NCBI GenBank assembly: GCA_029858565.1
Contig: JAOUEV010000085.1
Coordinates: 1 to 11,690 of the forward strand
Source of the DNA: Nitrospirota bacterium
GTDB lineage: Bacteria; Nitrospirota; UBA9217
Reading direction: 5' to 3'
Length of the DNA: 11,690 bases
The notes beneath the pieces were generated by a model. That model saw only the letters and a list, made by a program, of their open reading frames with translations, was not told the origin of the DNA and made no database searches. Below are positions 8,192-11,690 of this stretch, one piece after another. Both the position numbers and the translations under genes were made by a program. Position 1 is the stretch's first letter. Each line of letters starts with the position of its first letter.

Positions 8192-8698
8192 CTACGCCGC
8201 TTCCCGCACCCAATCCACGCGCACCAGCTTGTCGTCATGGGACCAGCGATAGGTCACCTCGCCGTGAAATGCCTTCTTCATCGCCCTGCCGATCCGCTGC
8301 GCCAGTTTCTCGTTCGTCGTGTTGATCACAATGCTGCCGTGGCCGTTCTCCTTGATGGACATCACTCGCTCCAGGGGGTTGAATCCCCGCGCCCGCTGCT
8401 CCTCGTTCCTGACCAGGTGGAGAAACTCCTCCTTTCGGGCGATAACGAAATCGCCGCTCACGGTGACGATGCCTCCCGGGAAGTTGTCCCTGATCTTGAG
8501 ACAGGCCGGGCAGACCACTTTTGTCACGGGAACACCGGCCGTCTTTGCGGCATCGACCTTCAGATACCACCGTTTCTTCATGTACACCGCCTGACAGCCC
8601 TCGCACACGGCGAGCTTGCCGCTCGCGCCCCGGGGGAGATAGGGGTCCTTGTTCACGATGTCGTAGCCGCGCTCTGTCTTCGTTATCCGCTTCTTCAT
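8192..8698 (-). CDS. BCAM0308-family-like protein (Zn-ribbon, NMD3-like C-terminal region); function unknown
   Basis: DPY...CEGC.AVY...RW...CPAC.KI.D..PGG.V...G.F......E...LVRNEE......NPLERVM...TTNEKLAQRIGRAM..AF.G......W....VRV.W pattern; purine-rich RBS (GGAAGGG). Family recalled from motifs, not searched. Confidence 0.75.
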   Translation of the reverse strand: MKKRITKTERGYDIVNKDPYLPRGASGKLAVCEGCQAVYMKKRWYLKVDAAKTAGVPVTKVVCPACLKIRDNFPGGIVTVSGDFVIARKEEFLHLVRNEEQRARGFNPLERVMSIKENGHGSIVINTTNEKLAQRIGRAMKKAFHGEVTYRWSHDDKLVRVDWVREAA

Positions 8699-8735
8699 AA
8701 GACCACCCCTTCCGGTTCAGAATATGCATACTACC

Positions 8736-9041
8736 CTACTTGTTCAGCTTCTGTCCGAGCTTCTGCTCCACCGACTCCAGCTTGGCGTCCAGACGGCATT
8801 CACGTCCCTGATAATCGTCGATCTTGATCGCCGTAACCACGCGGTCCGCATCCTTCATTGCTTCATCATGGCACCGTTTGATCACGCCCATCACCAGCGC
8901 CCAATCCCCCTCGAGCACCGTGCCCATGGGATTTGCCTTGTACCGGATGCCGCTGTCGATGATGACCTTCATCACCCTCGCGATCACGGCGCTCACGCTT
9001 GCCCCTTTTCCCAAGGGAACAATACTGAACTCTGCCATCAT
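8736..9041 (-). CDS. MTH1187/YkoF-family thiamine/HMP-binding-like protein (101 aa)
   Basis: MMAEFSIVPLG...SVS..IA......SGI.Y...PMGTVLEGDW..V...I..CH.......RV...IKID....R...L..K..SVE.K pattern; GGAGG 8 nt before ATG 9041. Confidence 0.9.
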   Translation of the reverse strand: MMAEFSIVPLGKGASVSAVIARVMKVIIDSGIRYKANPMGTVLEGDWALVMGVIKRCHDEAMKDADRVVTAIKIDDYQGRECRLDAKLESVEQKLGQKLNK

Positions 9042-9117
9042 GCCAGCTACCTCCCCGCCTTGAACACCAAAGTCGTACGCCGTCGTAACTGCCAGGTCAT
9101 CCGCCTTTCTCGATTCA

Positions 9118-9146
9118 AGTATAGCTCCGGCATGGCGGACTGTAAA
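9118..9146 (-). promoter_or_regulatory. Putative sigma70 promoter for the MTH1187/BCAM0308-like genes
   Basis: TTTACA (9146-9141), 17 bp, TATACT (9123-9118). Confidence 0.7.
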
Positions 9147-9160
9147 CCCGGACGCAAGCA

Positions 9161-9230
9161 GAATTTCTCTCTCTGGTCCCAAAGGACCAGCTCCTTTAGC
9201 GGGCAACTTTCGCTGCTTCGCAGGAGCAAG
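9161..9230 (+). mobile_element. Tandem-hairpin element, possibly an orphan IS200/IS605-type end (no transposase present)
   Basis: Perfect hairpin CTGGTCC-caaa-GGACCAG (9173-9190), then GCTCCT(9190-9195)...AGGAGC(9222-9227) enclosing TTTAGCGGGCAACTTTCGCTGCTTCGC. The hairpins are seen directly; the IS200 assignment is recalled similarity and architecture only. Confidence 0.35.
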
Positions 9231-9316
9231 GTATGTTCTCATCAATGATCCAGGCCCGGCAGCAAGCTCTGAACGCAGCACTCATGGTCTGATTGCCGTT
9301 CCTTGCTTTATTCAAG

Positions 9317-9345
9317 TTGAAAAATCGGCCGTTCGAGCATACAAT
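9317..9345 (+). promoter_or_regulatory. Putative sigma70 promoter for the acyltransferase gene
   Basis: TTGAAA (9317-9322), 17 bp, TACAAT (9340-9345). Confidence 0.68.
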
Positions 9346-9418
9346 ACCGAGGAACCGTGAGGATCCGACCGATGCTGGCCATGCGATCCGCCGCCAGCTG
9401 ATCTTGACACGATCGACG

Positions 9419-10210
9419 ATGACCAAATATCTGAAAGCACTTTCCCTGGCCTTTCTCCTGCTTCTCTATTCGGCCGTCTCGCTCTGCATCCTGGCGCTGC
9501 CGCAGGCGCCTGCCCGGAAGCGCGGGATACTGTCCAGGAACACCTCGTTCTTCGCCCGCCGGGCACTCCGGATCCTGGGTGTTCACGTGACCAGCCGCCG
9601 CATCACCTGGAACGGCATCAGGCGCAGAAAAAGAACCTATCTCGTCCTGTCGAACCACGTTTCCTATATCGATATTCTGGTCCTGGCCTCGCGTATGCCG
9701 TCGATATTCATCACTTCGATCGAGCTGAGGAACACCTTTCCGCTTGGATTGTTCGCGCGCTTCGGCGGAAGCATCTTTGTCGAACGGCGGAGTCCCGCGG
9801 GTCTCAGGCGGGAGATCGAGTGGATCGCCGCGGTGCTCGGCCAGGGCATCTCGGTTGTTCTTTTTCCCGAAGGCACGACGTCGAACGGAGATACGGTCCG
9901 GCCGTTCAAAAGCGCCCTTCTCACCGCGGCGATCGACACGGGCACGGACCTCCTGCCAGTCTGCCTCCGGTACAGGCTCATCGATGATCGTCCGCTCGAC
10001 AGCAGGAACCGCGATGCCGTCTATTACCATGGCGGCATCTCGTTCTTTTCCCACGTTCCGCGGTTCCTGTCCCTGCGCAGCGTGAGCGTGGAGCACCTCA
10101 TGCACCGGCCGCTACCATCGAACCGGAACCGGAAGGACCTTGCTGCCCGGGCCCATCAGATCATCAGCGCCGCTTACCACGGAAAACTTCCCCTGTCGCG
10201 CCGGCTGTGA
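9419..10210 (+). CDS. Lysophospholipid acyltransferase (PlsC / 1-acyl-sn-glycerol-3-phosphate acyltransferase family; OlsA-like not excluded)
   Basis: N-terminal hydrophobic helix, catalytic NHVSYID (NHxSxxD), G.IFVERR, FPEGT. ATG 9419 chosen because the longer ORF-track start lies upstream of the predicted promoter. Confidence 0.9.
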   Translation: MTKYLKALSLAFLLLLYSAVSLCILALPQAPARKRGILSRNTSFFARRALRILGVHVTSRRITWNGIRRRKRTYLVLSNHVSYIDILVLASRMPSIFITSIELRNTFPLGLFARFGGSIFVERRSPAGLRREIEWIAAVLGQGISVVLFPEGTTSNGDTVRPFKSALLTAAIDTGTDLLPVCLRYRLIDDRPLDSRNRDAVYYHGGISFFSHVPRFLSLRSVSVEHLMHRPLPSNRNRKDLAARAHQIISAAYHGKLPLSRRL

Positions 10211-10373
10211 TCCGCAGGATAATTCACCCTTATGCGATCTGGCGACGCTGCTCAGGCGGGATTCAACGGGACAAGCACTTCTCCCCTACGCCTTTATCCG
10301 CCGTTATCGGATGTCATACGCGTCTTCCGTGTTAACATGCTTTTTAGACTGGTATTCGTTGGGTTATATGCAG

Positions 10374-10404
10374 AATGAAAAAGCCCCGGATCGCTCCGGG
10401 GCTT
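10374..10404 (-). terminator. Rho-independent terminator of the cold-shock gene
   Basis: Minus strand AAGCCCCGGA-GCGA-TCCGGGGCTT then TTTCATT: a 10-bp perfect stem, GNRA loop and U tract, about 40 nt after the csp stop. Confidence 0.88.
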
Positions 10405-10445
10405 GAGATAGGTGTGCTTATAATGTGCTTGGTTGGATGGACGTC

Positions 10446-10646
10446 TTAGACCTTCTGGACGTTGGCGGCCTGGAGGCCCTTGGGTCCCTGGACGATGTCG
10501 AAGGTCACGCGCTCGCCTTCTTTGAGCGACTTGAAGCCTTCCGACTGGATCGCTGAAAAGTGCACGAACACGTCCTCGCCGTTCTCCTGCTTCAGAAAAC
10601 CAAAACCCTTGCTGTCATTGAACCACTTCACCACTCCGTCTGCCAT
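10446..10646 (-). CDS. Cold-shock protein (CspA family, 66 aa)
   Basis: [18 protein letters not shown] (RNP1)...DVFVHFSAI (RNP2)...GFKSLKEG...[10 protein letters not shown]; GAGGT RBS at 10660-10656. The paralog cannot be assigned. Confidence 0.97.
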   Translation of the reverse strand: MADGVVKWFNDSKGFGFLKQENGEDVFVHFSAIQSEGFKSLKEGERVTFDIVQGPKGLQAANVQKV

Positions 10647-10712
10647 GATTCCGTTACCTCTACCTTTCATGATTATTTACTGCGGCTTGCGCTGCAGCAG
10701 AATCCGTGGATA

Positions 10713-10741
10713 ATAATACTGACTTCCCTTTATCGTGTCAA
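10713..10741 (-). promoter_or_regulatory. Putative sigma70 promoter for the csp gene
   Basis: TTGACA (10741-10736), 17 bp, TATTAT (10718-10713). Confidence 0.75.
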
Positions 10742-10766
10742 GCTGATATTTCTTTATTTCCCCGTC

Positions 10767-10777
10767 TGTGGTATAGT
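10767..10777 (+). promoter_or_regulatory. Putative extended -10 promoter for the Crp-family gene
   Basis: TGTG-G-TATAGT (TRTGn + -10); poor -35 (TTTCTT); back-to-back with the csp promoter. Confidence 0.6.
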
Positions 10778-10853
10778 ATCTCCATTCCGAAACAATTGAA
10801 TAAAGGAGCCGGGCCCCTCGCGATACGTTGCGTCTTCGGGCCCCACAACGACC

Positions 10854-11537
10854 ATGCTGATCCAGTATCTGAAGCATATTCCGCTGTTCTCCCATCTCAA
10901 GGATGCCCAGCTCAAGGAGATCGCGTCGCGGTGCAAGAACGTCCAGTTCAAGAAGGGCTCGGTCGTGTTCCACAAGACCGACATGAGTACGGACCTCTAC
11001 ATCGTCAATTCCGGAAACCTCAAAGCCGTCCTGTCCGATGACGAGGGCGACGAGATGGTGCTCGCGACCTTCGAGAAGGGCGCGTTCTTCGGAGAGTTGA
11101 GCCTGCTCGACGGCAAGGGCCGCTCCGCAACGATCGTGGCGGACAAGGATTCCGAGCTTGCTGTGCTGAACAAGGATATGTTCCTGGACCTGATCACCAA
11201 GGACCCGCGGATCGCCATCGAACTCATGACCACGTTGGTGGACCGGCTCCGGAAGGCCGACGAGATGATCGAGTCCCTGGCGTTTCAGGAAGTGGGCGAG
11301 CGCCTTGTCCGCTCCCTGATGGAAAGCGCGTCAAGGGACCAGAAAACGGTAAAGGGATTCCTGTCCTGCGACAAGATGACCCACAAGGAGCTGGCGGCCC
11401 GCATCGGATCTTCACGCGAAGCTGTATCCAAATGCATGAAGGCGCTCACCACCCGGGGAATCGTAAAAGAGTCGGAAGGGTCGCTCCTTATCTCCGAGAA
11501 CGCGCTGGACCTGCTCCGGAACCGCGCATCGTCCTGA
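10854..11537 (+). CDS. Crp/Fnr-family transcriptional regulator (cNMP-binding, Crp-like)
   Basis: cNMP cassette FFGELSLLDGKGRSAT; C-helix LVDRLRKADEMIESLAF; HTH MTHKELAARIGSSREAVSK. No Fnr-type N-terminal Cys cluster. Confidence 0.94.
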   Translation: MLIQYLKHIPLFSHLKDAQLKEIASRCKNVQFKKGSVVFHKTDMSTDLYIVNSGNLKAVLSDDEGDEMVLATFEKGAFFGELSLLDGKGRSATIVADKDSELAVLNKDMFLDLITKDPRIAIELMTTLVDRLRKADEMIESLAFQEVGERLVRSLMESASRDQKTVKGFLSCDKMTHKELAARIGSSREAVSKCMKALTTRGIVKESEGSLLISENALDLLRNRASS

Positions 11538-11563
11538 TCCCATCCGCAGTCCCTACTTTCGAT

Positions 11564-11690
11564 ATCGGCATAGGGGGCGGCCATAAAGGCCGCGCCCCTG
11601 CCACACCACCCGGCATGCGGGTCCGCACCGGGCGGTTCAAGAAGTTGAGGCTATGAGAGACGCGGTACGCCGAGACGATCAAAGTACGCA
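11564..11690 (-). mobile_element. 3' end of a group II intron, class IIC (domains V and VI); the rest lies beyond the right edge
   Basis: Minus strand GAACCGCCCGGTGCGGACCCGCATGCCGGGTGGTGT (11638-11603) is domain V with the CGC triad. GGCAGGGGCGCGGCC-TTTAT-GGCCGCCCCCT(A)TGCC-GAT is domain VI with a bulged A at 11571 (-8) and an AY 3' end at 11564. Confidence 0.93.
11651..11689 (-). CDS. C-terminus of group II intron reverse transcriptase/maturase (partial)
   Basis: Manual translation ...AYFDRLGVPRLS*, the typical YF..LG.P.L end of En-less IIC intron-encoded proteins; the stop lies 12 nt before domain V. Confidence 0.82.
   Translation of the reverse strand, partial: AYFDRLGVPRLS

Noticed and set aside
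9042-9316. TPP, SAM-I or c-di-GMP riboswitch upstream of the thiamine-binding-like gene
   Set aside because: Core consensus elements (e.g. CTGAGA...CCTGA..TAATGC for TPP) are absent; only short chance fragments such as GGACGCAAGC and GATGAGAA occur.
9233-9418. UGA readthrough or selenocysteine fusing the 19-codon ORF (TGA 9290) to the in-frame acyltransferase ORF
   Set aside because: No convincing SECIS-like hairpin after the UGA, the extension is not protein-like, and it spans a good promoter at 9317-9345.
9308-10105. 265-aa minus-strand ORF
   Set aside because: Antisense shadow of the acyltransferase gene.
11432-11682. ORFs 11432-11656 (+) and 11488-11682 (-)
   Set aside because: They translate the structured intron domains V/VI and overlap the crp 3' end; the real coding frame is the RT tail ending at 11651.

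Overview
GC-rich bacterial chromosomal window. The left 7.6 kb is the 5' half of a dcw (division/cell wall) cluster on the minus strand: mraZ - STAS-domain gene - rsmH - ftsL - ftsI - murE - murF - mraY (truncated at the left edge). It is driven by a near-consensus sigma70 promoter followed by three 10-bp-phased MraZ boxes. Unusual points in the cluster are a STAS/anti-anti-sigma-like gene between mraZ and rsmH that lacks the phospho-acceptor serine and ends in the same C-terminal LGL as MraZ, and a 33-bp inverted pair of heptamer tandem repeats that loops out the rsmH ribosome-binding site. To the right are a small divergent HNH nuclease, a likely MTH1187/YkoF + BCAM0308-like operon (-), a structured intergenic element resembling an orphan IS200-type end, a PlsC-type acyltransferase (+), a cold-shock protein (-), a Crp-family regulator (+) and the 3' end of a class IIC group II intron (RT C-terminus, domains V and VI) entering from the right edge on the minus strand. 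Gene content suggests a Nitrospirota/Desulfobacterota-like host (inference only). No database searches or folding programs were run; all calls are from motif reading.
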